Assembly: GCA_963790305.1 (NCBI GenBank)
Contig: CAWBOC010000009.1
Location: 672,001 to 736,000, forward strand
Direction: 5' to 3'
Length of the DNA: 64,000 nt
Origin: an uncultured Gemmatimonadaceae bacterium
GTDB lineage: Bacteria > Gemmatimonadota > Gemmatimonadetes > Gemmatimonadales > Gemmatimonadaceae
A program made the position numbers and the translations under genes. A model generated the notes under the pieces. The model was not told the DNA's origin and did no database searches. It worked only from the letters and a program-made list of their open reading frames with translations. Below are positions 1-10,281 of the stretch, in pieces (position 1 is the first letter of the stretch; each line of letters starts with the position of its first letter).

Positions 1-103
1 GCGGAATGCGGAATGCGGAATACGGAACGACGAACGCCGCTGGATCCGGGCGGTGCGTCAGCCGTCAGTGCCGTTCCATCCGCATTCCGCATTCCGCATT
101 CGC
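1..103. repeat. Inverted heptamer tandem repeats (GCGGAAT)n ... (ATTCCGC)n forming a hairpin upstream of ruvC
   Basis: gcggaatgcggaatgcggaatacggaa at 1-27 and ttccatccgcattccgcattccgcattcgc at 74-103; left arm may be cut by the window edge. Confidence 0.8.
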
Positions 104-108
104 TCTTC

Positions 109-657
109 GTGCTCGTCCTAGGCATCGACCCCGGAACCGCGCTCACCGGCTATGGTGCCGTGCGCGGCGAGCCGTTCGGGGCGCTCGCGCTCGTGGAGTG
201 CGGTGTCATTCGCACCAGCGCGCGGGACCGGCTGCCGGTGCGGCTGCGGGAGATCTACGAGGACGTGCGCGCGCTCATCGAGCGGCTTCGCCCGGATGCT
301 CTCGCGGTCGAGGATGTGTTCTACTCGCGCAACGTGCGCACGACCGTCGTTCTCGGACATGCTCGCGGCGTGATCCTGCTCGCCGGGGAGCAGGCGAACC
401 TTCCCGTGCACGAGTATCCACCGGCGGAGATCAAGAAGGCGGTCGTTGGAACGGGTGCGGCCACGAAGGAGCAGGTGCAGTTCATGGTGACGCGACTGCT
501 GCGACTGCGTACGACACCATCGCCGAGCGACGCCGCCGACGCCGCCGCTGTCGCCCTTGCGCACATCATGTCGGCGCGCGTGCCTCGGCTCGGCGACATT
601 GAACGCGCAGCGACGCTGACACTGGGCGTGCGGTCGGTACGGGGGCGGAAAGTGTGA
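109..657 (+). CDS. ruvC: Holliday junction resolvase RuvC
   Basis: VLGIDPG, LAVEDVF, LGHARGV, IKKAVVGTGAATKEQV and DAADAAAVAL motifs; GTG start at 109. Confidence 0.95.
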   Translation: MLVLGIDPGTALTGYGAVRGEPFGALALVECGVIRTSARDRLPVRLREIYEDVRALIERLRPDALAVEDVFYSRNVRTTVVLGHARGVILLAGEQANLPVHEYPPAEIKKAVVGTGAATKEQVQFMVTRLLRLRTTPSPSDAADAAAVALAHIMSARVPRLGDIERAATLTLGVRSVRGRKV

Positions 658-1253
658 TCGCGCATGTCCGCGGGCGGCTGGTCGCGAAGGATCTCGACCG
701 GGTCGAGATCATGACACAGGGCGGAACCGGGTACGAGCTCTCGGTTCCGCTGTCGGTATTCGAGATGCTGCCGAAGGTCGGCGAGGACACATCGCTGCAC
801 ACCCACCTCGTGGTTCGCGAGGACGGATGGCAGCTCTTCGGCTTCGCGACTGTGGTCGAGAAGCGCGTGTTTCAGCGCCTTCTGACAGCGTCCGGTATCG
901 GGCCTGCATTGGCGCTAGGCATGCTGTCCACGCTGTCCGCGGACAGGCTCGTTCGCGCCATTCGTGAAAAGGACGTGGCGACGCTCCAGGGCGTCCCCCG
1001 GGTAGGGCGGAAGAAGGCCGAGCGCCTGATTCTGGACCTGGCTGACAAGCTGGACGACGTGCAGGGCGAGGTCGGGGGGATTGCACGCCCCGACGGCGCG
1101 GGCGCGGACGATGCGATGCGTGCACTGGTGTCGCTCGGCTATGCCTCGGCCGATGCGGAAAAGGCCGTCCGGAGTGCGCTCGACGAAGGGGGCCGGGGGA
1201 TGTCCGCTCCCGAGCTCATTCGCCGCGCGCTGTCAAAGGTCAGCAGTCGGTAA
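654..1253 (+). CDS. ruvA: Holliday junction branch migration protein RuvA
   Basis: MIAHVRGRL, LHTHLVVREDGWQLFGF, SGIGPALAL, VGRKKAERLILDL, ALVSLGY. Confidence 0.95.
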   Translation: MIAHVRGRLVAKDLDRVEIMTQGGTGYELSVPLSVFEMLPKVGEDTSLHTHLVVREDGWQLFGFATVVEKRVFQRLLTASGIGPALALGMLSTLSADRLVRAIREKDVATLQGVPRVGRKKAERLILDLADKLDDVQGEVGGIARPDGAGADDAMRALVSLGYASADAEKAVRSALDEGGRGMSAPELIRRALSKVSSR

Positions 1254-1302
1254 GGAAAAAGGGTCGCTTCAACGATCGACGCATTCTAGCCGTATCATCT
1301 CG

Positions 1303-2700
1303 ATGATTCTTCCGCTCGTAATTCTCAGCCTGGCAGTCGTTCAGCAGGATACCCTGCGCCTTTCGCTGCCCGAGGCCGTGACGCTCGCGCTGCGAGACGC
1401 CGACGAGGTGAAGCGGGCCAACGCCGACGTCGCGATCACCGAAGCTCAGGTGACGACCTCGCGAGCCGGCGCACTTCCCCAGCTTCGACTCGCCGGCACG
1501 TACAATCACGTTCTGGCGAATGCGCGGGCGCGCGCCGTCAACCAGGTCTTCAACCAGCCGAACACGTACAACGTCAACGCGAACTTCTCGCAGACGCTGT
1601 TTCAGGGCGGTCGCGAATTCGCATCGTGGCGAGCGGCGCGCCGGGTTCGTGAGGCATCGCGCCTGACGGCCGGCGAGACGCGTGCGGAAGTGGCGGTTGG
1701 AGTTCTACGTGCCTACCTGGCTGCGTCCCTCGCGGAACGGTTCGAGCACATTCGCGGCGAGAACCTGATTCTCGCCAGCCAGCGGGTCACGCAATCCGAG
1801 CAGCTGTTCACGGCGGGACGCGTTGCGCGCTACGACGTGCTGCGCTCGCGCGTCGAGCGGGCCAACCTGGAGCCGCTGGTCATTCAGGCACAGAACGACC
1901 GGGAGATTGCACTCCTCGAGCTGCGGCGACTGCTGAACCTTTCCGCGGAAGCGCCCATCCGCCTGACGACGACGATCGACTCGAGCACGGTTCCGCTCAT
2001 CATGACTGCGGTCGCACAGAGCGATGACGACGGGAGCGATCGCGCATCGGTCCGTGCCGCGGAGCTGACGGTGCGCGCTCGCCGCGATGCGATCTCGATC
2101 GCGCGCGCGGACTGGCTACCGACGATATCGGTGTTCTTCCAGACGGGCGTGCAAGCATTTCCGCTGAGCGGGTTCCCTCCCGGCCGCGGCGAGACGGATC
2201 CGCGCTTTTGTCCCTCAGGGTCGCCCGCTGATCGTTCCTGTCAGAACGGCGGCTGGTTCGGCGATCGCACAGTAGGGGTCAACTTCTCCTGGCCGTTGTT
2301 CGACGGCTTGCGGGCCAAGGGAGCGATGGACCTCGCTCGTGCGCAGCTCGAGGTTGCCGAGATCGCGCTCGCGCAGGAGCGTGAGGCGGTAGCGCTCGAG
2401 GTCGCCCGCGCGCGCGCCGAGATGAACCGTTCGCGCTCGGTGTTCGCGGCGCGGCGTCAGACGGTCACCGAAGCCGACGAGACGTTCCGACTCGCCTCGC
2501 TGCGCTATTCTCGCGGTATCGGCACGTCGCTCGAAGTTTCCGACTCGCAGCTTCAGCTGCTCATCTCACAAACCGACGAGGCACAGAGCGCTGTCGACCT
2601 GTACCTCGCCGCCGCGGAGCTGGCGCGCGCACTGGGGCGTCCCATTCCTCTCCCGGGCGGCACAGCCATTTCGCCTCAGACTACCGCTAATGCACCATAG
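1303..2700 (+). CDS. TolC-family outer membrane efflux protein
   Basis: Signal peptide, LSLPEAVTLAL, WPLFDG motif; first gene of an OMF-MFP-RND cluster; ATG 1303 chosen. Confidence 0.85.
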   Translation: MILPLVILSLAVVQQDTLRLSLPEAVTLALRDADEVKRANADVAITEAQVTTSRAGALPQLRLAGTYNHVLANARARAVNQVFNQPNTYNVNANFSQTLFQGGREFASWRAARRVREASRLTAGETRAEVAVGVLRAYLAASLAERFEHIRGENLILASQRVTQSEQLFTAGRVARYDVLRSRVERANLEPLVIQAQNDREIALLELRRLLNLSAEAPIRLTTTIDSSTVPLIMTAVAQSDDDGSDRASVRAAELTVRARRDAISIARADWLPTISVFFQTGVQAFPLSGFPPGRGETDPRFCPSGSPADRSCQNGGWFGDRTVGVNFSWPLFDGLRAKGAMDLARAQLEVAEIALAQEREAVALEVARARAEMNRSRSVFAARRQTVTEADETFRLASLRYSRGIGTSLEVSDSQLQLLISQTDEAQSAVDLYLAAAELARALGRPIPLPGGTAISPQTTANAP

Positions 2701-3850
2701 ATCGGTTGCACGCGCCCTCTGCCTCATTGCCGTGGCGGCAACCGCCGCCTGCGGCGATGGGAAGGAGGACCAGGCTCAAGCGGCCCAAGGGCCTAACGGT
2801 GGCGGCGGCCCCGGTGGCCCCGGAGGCGCCGGCCGACCATTGGTGTCGCTGGCCTCGGAAGACGTCGCCACGGCGAAGCGGGCGCCCATCGAGGAAAGCG
2901 TTCCGCTCACCGGTGACTTGCGTCCCATCGAGACGATCGACGTCCGCGCCCGCATCGAGGGCGACCTCACCGCCGTCTACGTTCGCGAAGGCTCTCACGT
3001 CCGCGAGGGACAGCTCCTGGCGCAGTTCGAGGCGGCCGATCAGGAAAGCTCCAGACAGAGCGCGATCGCGTCACGCGTTGCCGCGCAGTCTGCGCTCTCC
3101 ACCGCGGAATGGAATCTCGAGCAGGGCCGCGAGCTCCTGAAGGCAGGCGCCGTTCCGGAACGTGACGTGCGCGCCGCCGAGCAGGCGGTCGCGGCGGCAC
3201 GCGCGCAGGTCGCGGCGGCCGAGTCGCAGGTGCGCGCGGCGTCGACGGAGTCGCGAGACACGCGAGTACTGGCGCCAACGACGGGCGTGCTCGAGCGTCG
3301 CTTCGTTGAAAGCGGCGAGCACGTCGCACGCGGCGCGCAGCTCTTCACACTCGTGCGAACGGATGCGCTCGAGCTTGCGGCCACCATCCCCGCTCGGTAC
3401 GCGAGCAACGTGCGCACGGGACTGCTCACGCGCTTCAACGCCGACGGCCGCACGATCGAAGGACGCGTCGTCCGAGTGAGCCCGACGATCGATCCGGCGA
3501 CGCGGTCCATCACCGTCTACGTGCAGGTCGCGAATCCCTCCGGCACGCTCAAGGGCGGCACGTTCGTCTCGGGGCGCGTCGTGGGTCGCTCCATTCCACA
3601 GGCACTCGTCATTCCCGGCGCGGCAATCCGCCAGTCCGAGAGCGGCAGCCCGTACGTGTACACCATCGAGGGAGAGACCGTGGCGCAAAAAGAGGTGCAG
3701 ATCGGTGTCGTCGATGACGCGACCGGCATCGTCGAGATCACATCGGGTCTCGAGGAAGGTGATCGCGTGATCGTCGGCAACGTCGGCACGCTCGGCCGCG
3801 GCATGCAGGTCCGCGTCGTCGACCGCGACGACCGGCCCGCTGTGCGTTAG
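2690..3850 (+). CDS. RND efflux periplasmic adaptor (MFP) lipoprotein
   Basis: Lipobox-like ATAAC, lipoyl/hairpin motifs, VSPTIDPATRS, SGLEEGDRVI. Confidence 0.9.
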   Translation: MHHRSVARALCLIAVAATAACGDGKEDQAQAAQGPNGGGGPGGPGGAGRPLVSLASEDVATAKRAPIEESVPLTGDLRPIETIDVRARIEGDLTAVYVREGSHVREGQLLAQFEAADQESSRQSAIASRVAAQSALSTAEWNLEQGRELLKAGAVPERDVRAAEQAVAAARAQVAAAESQVRAASTESRDTRVLAPTTGVLERRFVESGEHVARGAQLFTLVRTDALELAATIPARYASNVRTGLLTRFNADGRTIEGRVVRVSPTIDPATRSITVYVQVANPSGTLKGGTFVSGRVVGRSIPQALVIPGAAIRQSESGSPYVYTIEGETVAQKEVQIGVVDDATGIVEITSGLEEGDRVIVGNVGTLGRGMQVRVVDRDDRPAVR

Positions 3851-3862
3851 GCGGAGGACGCA

Positions 3863-6800
3863 ATGTTTCTTTCAGACGTCTCCATCAAGCGACCCGTCTT
3901 CGCGACCATGCTCATGGTCGCGCTCGTCGTGCTTGGGGTCGTGTCGTATCAGCGGTTGGCGATCGATGAATACCCGGACGTCACCTATCCGGTGGTCGTC
4001 GTCCAGACCAGCTATCCCGGCGCCTCCCCCGAGGTGATGGAGCGCGAGGTCTCGCGCCCCATCGAGGAAGCGCTGAACACCGTGCAGGGCCTGTACGAGG
4101 TCACGTCGACGTCGTTCGAGGGGAGCTCGCTCGTGCGCGTGCAGCTCAACCTCGGGATCAACGTGATGGAGGCGCAACAGGACGTGCAGGCGAAGGTGGC
4201 GCGCATTCGGCGAGCCCTGCCTCGCGACATCGATGATCCGGTCATCGTCCGCTTCGATCCCAACGAGCGGCCGATCATGTCGATCGCCATCCAGAGTCCT
4301 GACAGACCGCTCCGGGAGCTGACGGACATCGCCGAGGAGATCATCGCGCCCCGGCTGGAAGCGATCCCGGGCGTTGGGGGCGTGAACCGCGTGGGCGGTG
4401 TGGAGCGGCAGATTCGCGTGCAGCTCGATCACGCGGCGATGCGCTCGTACGCGATCAGTCCCGTCCAGGTATCGGCAGCGCTGGAGCGCGAGAACCAGGA
4501 GGTTCCGGCCGGACGCGTGACATCGGGCCAAACGGAGCGACTCGTGCGCGTGACGGGACGCGTCGTCGAGCCGGCGTCGTTCAGCAACATCGTCGTCGCG
4601 GTGCGCGACAACGTGCCGATTCGGCTGTCCGATGTCGCCACAGTCGTCGACGGAACGGCCGACCAGCGGAGTGCCGCGCGTTACAACGGTGATCCGGCCG
4701 TCGCGCTCGACCTGCTCAAGATCTCGGGCGCAAACACGGTGAACGTGGCCGACGCGGTCCGCCTCGTCGTCGACGAGCTCGGCAAGCAGATGCCGCCGGA
4801 CATCAAGCTGGCGGTGATTCGGGACGATTCGCGGCGTATCCGCGAGGCGCTCAGCGACGTGCAGCTCACGATTCTCCTGGGCGCCGTGCTCACCATCGCG
4901 ATCATCTACCTGTTCCTGAACTCGTGGCGGTCGACGGTCATCACCGGGCTCACGCTGCCGGTGAGCATCATCTCGGCCTTCTTCATCATGTGGGTGTTCG
5001 GATTCACCGTGAACACCATGACGCTGCTCGCGCTGTCGCTCGCGATCGGGCTGCTGATCGACGACGCGATCGTGGTCCGCGAGAACATCGTCAGGCACAT
5101 CGAGATGGGGAAGGATCACTACCGCGCCGCGCGGGAGGGCACGAGCGAGATCGGTCTCGCCGTCACATCGACGACGCTGGCGGTCGTCGCGGTGTTCATT
5201 CCGGTCGCGTTCATGGGTGGGATGATCGGCAAGATCTTCCTCCAGTTCGGCGTCACGGTCGCGTTCGCGGTGCTCGTGTCGTTGTTCGTCTCCTTCACGC
5301 TCGACCCGATGTTGTCGAGCGTATGGGCGGATCCTGAAGTCGAGCATGGAGCGCAGGCCACCGGCGACGAGGCGAAGTCCAGACGGAAGCTCGGTCGATT
5401 CTCGATTCGACGGATCGCGTTCGCCTTCAACGATCGTTTCGAGCGCCTCGCCGATCGCTATCCGAAGTGGCTCGAGTGGGCGCTGCGACGCCGTGGTACC
5501 GTCATGGCGATCGCGGCGGCCTCGATCGTGGCCGCCTTCATGATTCTGCCGAGGCTCGGGTTCACCTGGATGCCCGAGGCCGATGTCGGGGAGTTCTCGG
5601 TGGGCTTCCGCGCGCCACCTGGATCGCGTCTCGAGTACACGCTCGATCGGGGAACGCGGCTCAGCTCCATGGTGCGCGAGAATCCCGCGGTGGATTTCAC
5701 CTATCTCAACATCGGTGGCGGCTTCCGGGGCTCGCCGAACAGCGGGTCAGTGTTCGTGAAGCTCAAGCCGCGTGAAGAGCGCGATCAGCACATGTCCGAG
5801 ATTCAGAGCTCACTGCGGGAACGGCTTCGCGAGATTCCGGGGATTCGGGCAAACGTGCAGGGTACCCGTTCGATCTTCGGCGGCTTCCGCAATCCGATCG
5901 CGGTGAACGTGCAGGGACCGGAGCCGTCGCGTCTCAAGCTGCTCGCGGCGCAGGTGCTCGAGAAGATGCGGGCCGTGCCGGGTGTGGCCGAGCCGCAGTC
6001 GAGCGACGAGGGGGACATTCCGCAGCTGGACGTGCAGGTCGATCGCCAGCAGGCGTGGGCCGCGGGGCTGGGTATTGGCAGCATTGCCGCGACGCTCCAG
6101 CCGCTGTTCACGGGACAGCGCGCGACGCAGTGGGAAGACGAGCTCGGCTACTCGCACGACGTGGTCGTCGTGTATCCGGACTCGATGCGCGCATCGGTGG
6201 AGGACGTCGCCACCATTCCCGTGCTCAGCAACAACATCGATCCGCGGACGGGACAGCAGGCGGTCATTCCGCTGGTGCAGGTCGCGGAGGTGAAAGCGGG
6301 CATCGGTCCACAGCAGATCGAGCGCAGCTCGCTTCAGCGCCAGATCTCGATCTCGTCAGGCGTACTGCCGGGCGCCAACGTCGGTGATGTCGCGAACGCG
6401 GTAAAGGCCTCGATCGACTCGATCGGATTCCCGCCGGGATATCGCACGGTGTTCGGGGGCGACGTGCAGAATCTCAACGAGACGAAGGGATACGTCCTCG
6501 AGGCGATCCTGCTCGCCGTCATCTTCATCTACCTCATTCTGGCGTCGCTGTTCGGATCGTTCGTGCAGCCGCTCTCGATCATGCTCGCGCTCCCGCTGTC
6601 GTTCATCGGGGTCGCGCTCGCCCTGCTCATCACCGGCGGCTCGATGAACGTGATGACGATGGTCGGTATCATCATGTTGATGGGACTGGTGACGAAGAAC
6701 GGCATTCTGCTCGTCGACTTCACCAACCTGATGCGCAGCCAGGGTCGCGAACGGCGTGAGGCCTTGCTGCAAGCCGCTCGCATTCGGTTGCGCCCAATCA

Positions 6801-7054
6801 TCATGACGACGGCGGCGATGATCTTCGGCATGCTTCCGCTCGCACTGGCCATTGGAGAGGGCGCCGAGGAGCGCGCGCCAATGGCGCGGGCGGTGATCGG
6901 TGGCCTGATCACGTCGACGCTGCTGACGCTGCTCGTCGTGCCAGTGATGTACACCCTGCTGGACGACTTCGCGGGCTGGGTGAAGAGCCGGCGGCGGGTG
7001 CCCGTGGAAGGCGGGTTGCACGGGAGAGAGCCGGAGCCGGCGATCGGGGACTGA
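3863..7054 (+). CDS. RND efflux permease (AcrB/AcrD/AcrF family)
   Basis: 1063 aa; SIKRPVFA, GLLIDDAIVVRENI, GLVTKNGILLVDF, RLRPIIMT. Confidence 0.95.
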   Translation: MFLSDVSIKRPVFATMLMVALVVLGVVSYQRLAIDEYPDVTYPVVVVQTSYPGASPEVMEREVSRPIEEALNTVQGLYEVTSTSFEGSSLVRVQLNLGINVMEAQQDVQAKVARIRRALPRDIDDPVIVRFDPNERPIMSIAIQSPDRPLRELTDIAEEIIAPRLEAIPGVGGVNRVGGVERQIRVQLDHAAMRSYAISPVQVSAALERENQEVPAGRVTSGQTERLVRVTGRVVEPASFSNIVVAVRDNVPIRLSDVATVVDGTADQRSAARYNGDPAVALDLLKISGANTVNVADAVRLVVDELGKQMPPDIKLAVIRDDSRRIREALSDVQLTILLGAVLTIAIIYLFLNSWRSTVITGLTLPVSIISAFFIMWVFGFTVNTMTLLALSLAIGLLIDDAIVVRENIVRHIEMGKDHYRAAREGTSEIGLAVTSTTLAVVAVFIPVAFMGGMIGKIFLQFGVTVAFAVLVSLFVSFTLDPMLSSVWADPEVEHGAQATGDEAKSRRKLGRFSIRRIAFAFNDRFERLADRYPKWLEWALRRRGTVMAIAAASIVAAFMILPRLGFTWMPEADVGEFSVGFRAPPGSRLEYTLDRGTRLSSMVRENPAVDFTYLNIGGGFRGSPNSGSVFVKLKPREERDQHMSEIQSSLRERLREIPGIRANVQGTRSIFGGFRNPIAVNVQGPEPSRLKLLAAQVLEKMRAVPGVAEPQSSDEGDIPQLDVQVDRQQAWAAGLGIGSIAATLQPLFTGQRATQWEDELGYSHDVVVVYPDSMRASVEDVATIPVLSNNIDPRTGQQAVIPLVQVAEVKAGIGPQQIERSSLQRQISISSGVLPGANVGDVANAVKASIDSIGFPPGYRTVFGGDVQNLNETKGYVLEAILLAVIFIYLILASLFGSFVQPLSIMLALPLSFIGVALALLITGGSMNVMTMVGIIMLMGLVTKNGILLVDFTNLMRSQGRERREALLQAARIRLRPIIMTTAAMIFGMLPLALAIGEGAEERAPMARAVIGGLITSTLLTLLVVPVMYTLLDDFAGWVKSRRRVPVEGGLHGREPEPAIGD

Positions 7055-7091
7055 TCGCGGGTTCTCGATCTACGCCGCGAGCCGACGGCAA

Positions 7092-7182
7092 TAACCACAG
7101 AGGCACAGAGGGCACAGAGAACGGCCAACTGCAAGACGTCTGCAGTTGGAGGTTCTCTGTGCCCTCTGTGCCTCTGTGGTTA
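7092..7182. repeat. Large intergenic palindrome of CACAGAG(G) units; possible terminator
   Basis: 31-bp perfect arms taaccacagaggcacagagggcacagagaac / gttctctgtgccctctgtgcctctgtggtta plus inner stem ccaactgca/tgcagttgg. Confidence 0.85.
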
Positions 7183-7271
7183 CTGCAGTCAGGCTCGTGA
7201 CGGTAGAACTAGTTCTTGATCTTGAGACTTCCGCGCCGCACGTTCTCCCGATGAAATTCGCCGGGACTTCC

Positions 7272-7764
7272 ATGCACAAACTCGTCGTCCTCTCCGTCCT
7301 CTCCGTTCTCGCCGCCTGCTCCGCGTCCTCCTCGGGAGGAACCCCCTACGCGGACACGATGTCGACGCGTCGAGCTGCGCGAGTCGGTCATGCAGGCTGA
7401 CCGCGACTTCAACACCGATTTCGCAACCCGCCGCGTCGACGGGTGGGTGTCGTGGTTCGACACCTCAGGGGTGCAGGTCACTTCCGAGGGCGCCGTGCCG
7501 AAAGGGCACGACGCGATTCGCGCGTACATGGCGAAGAGCTTCCCCGACAGCGCGCAGATTCTCGCCTGGCGACCGGTGTCGGTCGAGGTCTCCGCCGACG
7601 GCAGCATGGCATACACCATCGGCACCTGGGACTTTCACAGGCGCGGACGGGATTCGGCTGGCTCGGCCGCGACCGGGCACTACCTCACGGTGTGGCGTCG
7701 TCAGGCGGACAATTCGTGGAAGGTGCTGGCGGACATCGGCAACACCCACCCCAGGAAGCCGTGA
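7272..7764 (+). CDS. NTF2-like (DUF4440/SnoaL) lipoprotein with apparent +1 frameshift near 7365
   Basis: MHKLVVLSVLSVLAAC in one frame; SADGSMAYTIG...YLTVWRRQADNSWKVLAD in the next; span is 3n+1. Confidence 0.7.
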
Positions 7765-8933
7765 GCAACGCTCGACGGATGCGTGCCGCCCGGACGGCGA
7801 CGTTCACCGAGTCGGTCATCCGCGAGATGACGCGGCTCGCCAACCAGCACGAGGCGATCAACCTCGCGCAGGGCTTTCCCGACTTCGCGATGCCCGCCCC
7901 GATGAAGGATGCCGCGTGCGCGGCCATTCACGGGGACATCAATCAGTACGCCATCACCTGGGGGGCGCCCGCGCTGCGTCTGGCGATCGCCGAGAAGTAC
8001 CGGCGCTGGTACGAGATGGATGTCGATCCCGAGCGTGAGATCACCGTTACCTGCGGCGCGACGGAGGCGATGGCCTCGGCCTTTCTTGCGCTGTTCGATC
8101 CGGGTGATGAGGTCGTCGTGCTCGAGCCGTTCTACGAGAATTACGGACCGGACGCCATCCTCGCCGCGGCCTCGCCAGTGTTCGTGCCGCTCGAGATGCC
8201 GGAGTGGCGGCTCGATCCAGATCGGCTGCGCAAGGCCTTCTCGTCGCGCACGCGGGCGATCGTCGTCAACACGCCGCACAACCCCACCGGTCGCGTCTTC
8301 ACGAAAGAGGAGATCTCTCTGATCGCCGAGCTGTGCATTACGCACGACGCGTGGGCGATCACCGATGAGATCTACGAGCACATTCGTTATGCGGGCGGCC
8401 ATCACCCGATCGCCACCTGGCCGGGGATGCGCGAGCGCACGGTGACGATCTCCGGCCTGTCGAAGACGTTCTCCTGCACGGGATGGCGCCTGGGATACGC
8501 GATCGCGCCGGCCGAGCAGTCGCAGGCGATTCGGAAGGTGCATGACTTCCTGACGGTGGGCGCGCCTGCTCCGCTCCAGGCAGCGGGCGCCGTCGGCATG
8601 GCGTTCGGTCCCGACTATTACAACCACATCGCGCTCGACTACCGGGCGCGGCGCGACGTCATCGTTCTCGCGTTGGAGGAGGCGGGATTCCGGTTCTCCA
8701 TTCCGGAGGGCGCGTACTACGTGCTCGCCGACTTCTCGGACTTGAGCTCGCTCGCCGACGACGAGTTCGCGCGCTGGATGACGCGCGAGATCGGCGTCGC
8801 GCCGGTGCCTGGATCGAGCTTTTACCACGATCCCGCGCTCGGTCGAAAGCTGGTGCGCTTCGCCTTCTGCAAGAAGCTGGAGACTCTGGAGCGGGCCGGG
8901 GAGCGGCTGGCCAATGTGCGCGCGAGCGTGTAG
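7761..8933 (+). CDS. PLP-dependent aminotransferase class I/II
   Basis: AINLAQGFPDF, NTPHNPTG, TDEIYEH, GLSKTFSCTGWRLGY, VRFAFCKK. Confidence 0.92.
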   Translation: MSNARRMRAARTATFTESVIREMTRLANQHEAINLAQGFPDFAMPAPMKDAACAAIHGDINQYAITWGAPALRLAIAEKYRRWYEMDVDPEREITVTCGATEAMASAFLALFDPGDEVVVLEPFYENYGPDAILAAASPVFVPLEMPEWRLDPDRLRKAFSSRTRAIVVNTPHNPTGRVFTKEEISLIAELCITHDAWAITDEIYEHIRYAGGHHPIATWPGMRERTVTISGLSKTFSCTGWRLGYAIAPAEQSQAIRKVHDFLTVGAPAPLQAAGAVGMAFGPDYYNHIALDYRARRDVIVLALEEAGFRFSIPEGAYYVLADFSDLSSLADDEFARWMTREIGVAPVPGSSFYHDPALGRKLVRFAFCKKLETLERAGERLANVRASV

Positions 8934-9136
8934 GGCTGGCATCCAGGTTCAAAGTTGGGACGCGGATTACGCGGATGCAGCGGATTCTGCGGATCGTTCC
9001 TGGCGCAGCGAATTCTCCTCGCTCAGAAAAAAAGCAACTGCTTTTTGCTCCTGTAGAGGAGAGATCGGGACACGAGGAGCAATCCGCCTGATCCGTTGAA
9101 TCCGCGAAATCCGCGTCCCCCCTTTGAACCTAGATG
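8934..9136. repeat. MITE-like element with about 55-bp imperfect terminal inverted repeats containing GCGGAT-based nonamer units
   Basis: catccaggttcaaagttgggacgcggattacgcggat... versus ...atccgcgaaatccgcgtcccccctttgaacctagatg. Confidence 0.7.
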
Positions 9137-9202
9137 GTGGAATGTCGTGACTTTCGGCATATCTTCGGCTAGATTGCCACGCAGACCCTGAACCCGCAGC
9201 CC

Positions 9203-10222
9203 GTGTCCCGAGCCGAAATCACCACCCCCGAAGTCATCGCCGAAGAGTCCGTCGTCGAGCTGTCGCTGCGCCCGCAGCGGCTGGCCGAGTTCATCGGGCA
9301 ACAGAAGGTCAAGGACGCACTTCGCATCTACATCGACGCGGCGATCGCGAGACGCGAGCCGCTCGATCATGCCCTGTTCTACGGGCCGCCCGGGCTCGGC
9401 AAGACGACGCTGGCCGAGCTCATCGCGCGCGAGATGGGGGTCAACATTCGCACGACGTCGGGCCCCGCGCTCGAGAAGCCCGGCGATCTCGTCGGTACTC
9501 TCACCAACCTGCGCGAAGGGGACATCCTCTTCATCGACGAGATCCATCGGCTGCGGCCGATCATCGAGGAGTTCCTCTATCCCGCGATGGAGGACTACAA
9601 GATCGACATCCGCCTCTCCGAGGGACCCAAGGCGCAGACGATCACGATGCCGATCGAGCGGTTCACGCTCATTGGGGCGACGACTCGCTTCGGCATGCTG
9701 ACGCCGCCCATGCGCGCGCGGTTCGGCATCATCGAGCGGCTCAATTACTATCCCGCCGACGATCTCGAGCACATCGTGCGACGCTCGGCGGAGGTGATGC
9801 ACGTGGACGTCGAGGCGCAGGGCGCGACCGAGATCGCGCGTCGGTCACGCGGCACTCCGCGCGTGGCGAACCGGCTGCTCCGGCGCGTGCGCGACTACGC
9901 GCAGGTGAAAGCCGACGGACGCATCACACGCGAGGTCGCCGCGCAGGCGCTGGTCATGCTCGACGTCGACGAGTTTGGGCTCGACGACATGGATGCCCGC
10001 GTCCTCAAGACGATCATCGAGAAGTTCGATGGTGGACCGGTCGGTATCTCGACGATCGGCGCCGCGGTTGGCGAGGACGCGAGCACCATCGAGGAGGTCT
10101 ACGAGCCGTTCCTGGTGCAGAACGGATTTCTCCAGCGTACGCCGCGCGGGCGCGTCGCGACGCCGCAGGCGTATCGCCACTTTGGCTACACGCCGCCAAC
10201 GTCTCAGCCAACGCTGTTCTGA
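9203..10222 (+). CDS. ruvB: Holliday junction branch migration helicase RuvB
   Basis: [54 protein letters not shown]. Confidence 0.97.
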   Translation: MSRAEITTPEVIAEESVVELSLRPQRLAEFIGQQKVKDALRIYIDAAIARREPLDHALFYGPPGLGKTTLAELIAREMGVNIRTTSGPALEKPGDLVGTLTNLREGDILFIDEIHRLRPIIEEFLYPAMEDYKIDIRLSEGPKAQTITMPIERFTLIGATTRFGMLTPPMRARFGIIERLNYYPADDLEHIVRRSAEVMHVDVEAQGATEIARRSRGTPRVANRLLRRVRDYAQVKADGRITREVAAQALVMLDVDEFGLDDMDARVLKTIIEKFDGGPVGISTIGAAVGEDASTIEEVYEPFLVQNGFLQRTPRGRVATPQAYRHFGYTPPTSQPTLF

Positions 10223-10281
10223 TTGTGTGAGGGGGCGGCCGCGCGCTTGACAGCGCGCCGCCCCGCTCCGAAGGATAGGGC

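Noticed and set aside
7092..7182. Palindrome as a solitary attC (taac...caactg/cagttg...gtta)
   Set aside because: R-to-L spacing is far too long, arms are perfect tandem repeats without extrahelical bases, and there is no cassette context
3872..8942. Long antisense ORFs (3872-5347, 7701-8942; likewise 21801-23006, 56381-57679, 61487-62698)
   Set aside because: Shadow frames of well-supported genes in high-GC DNA
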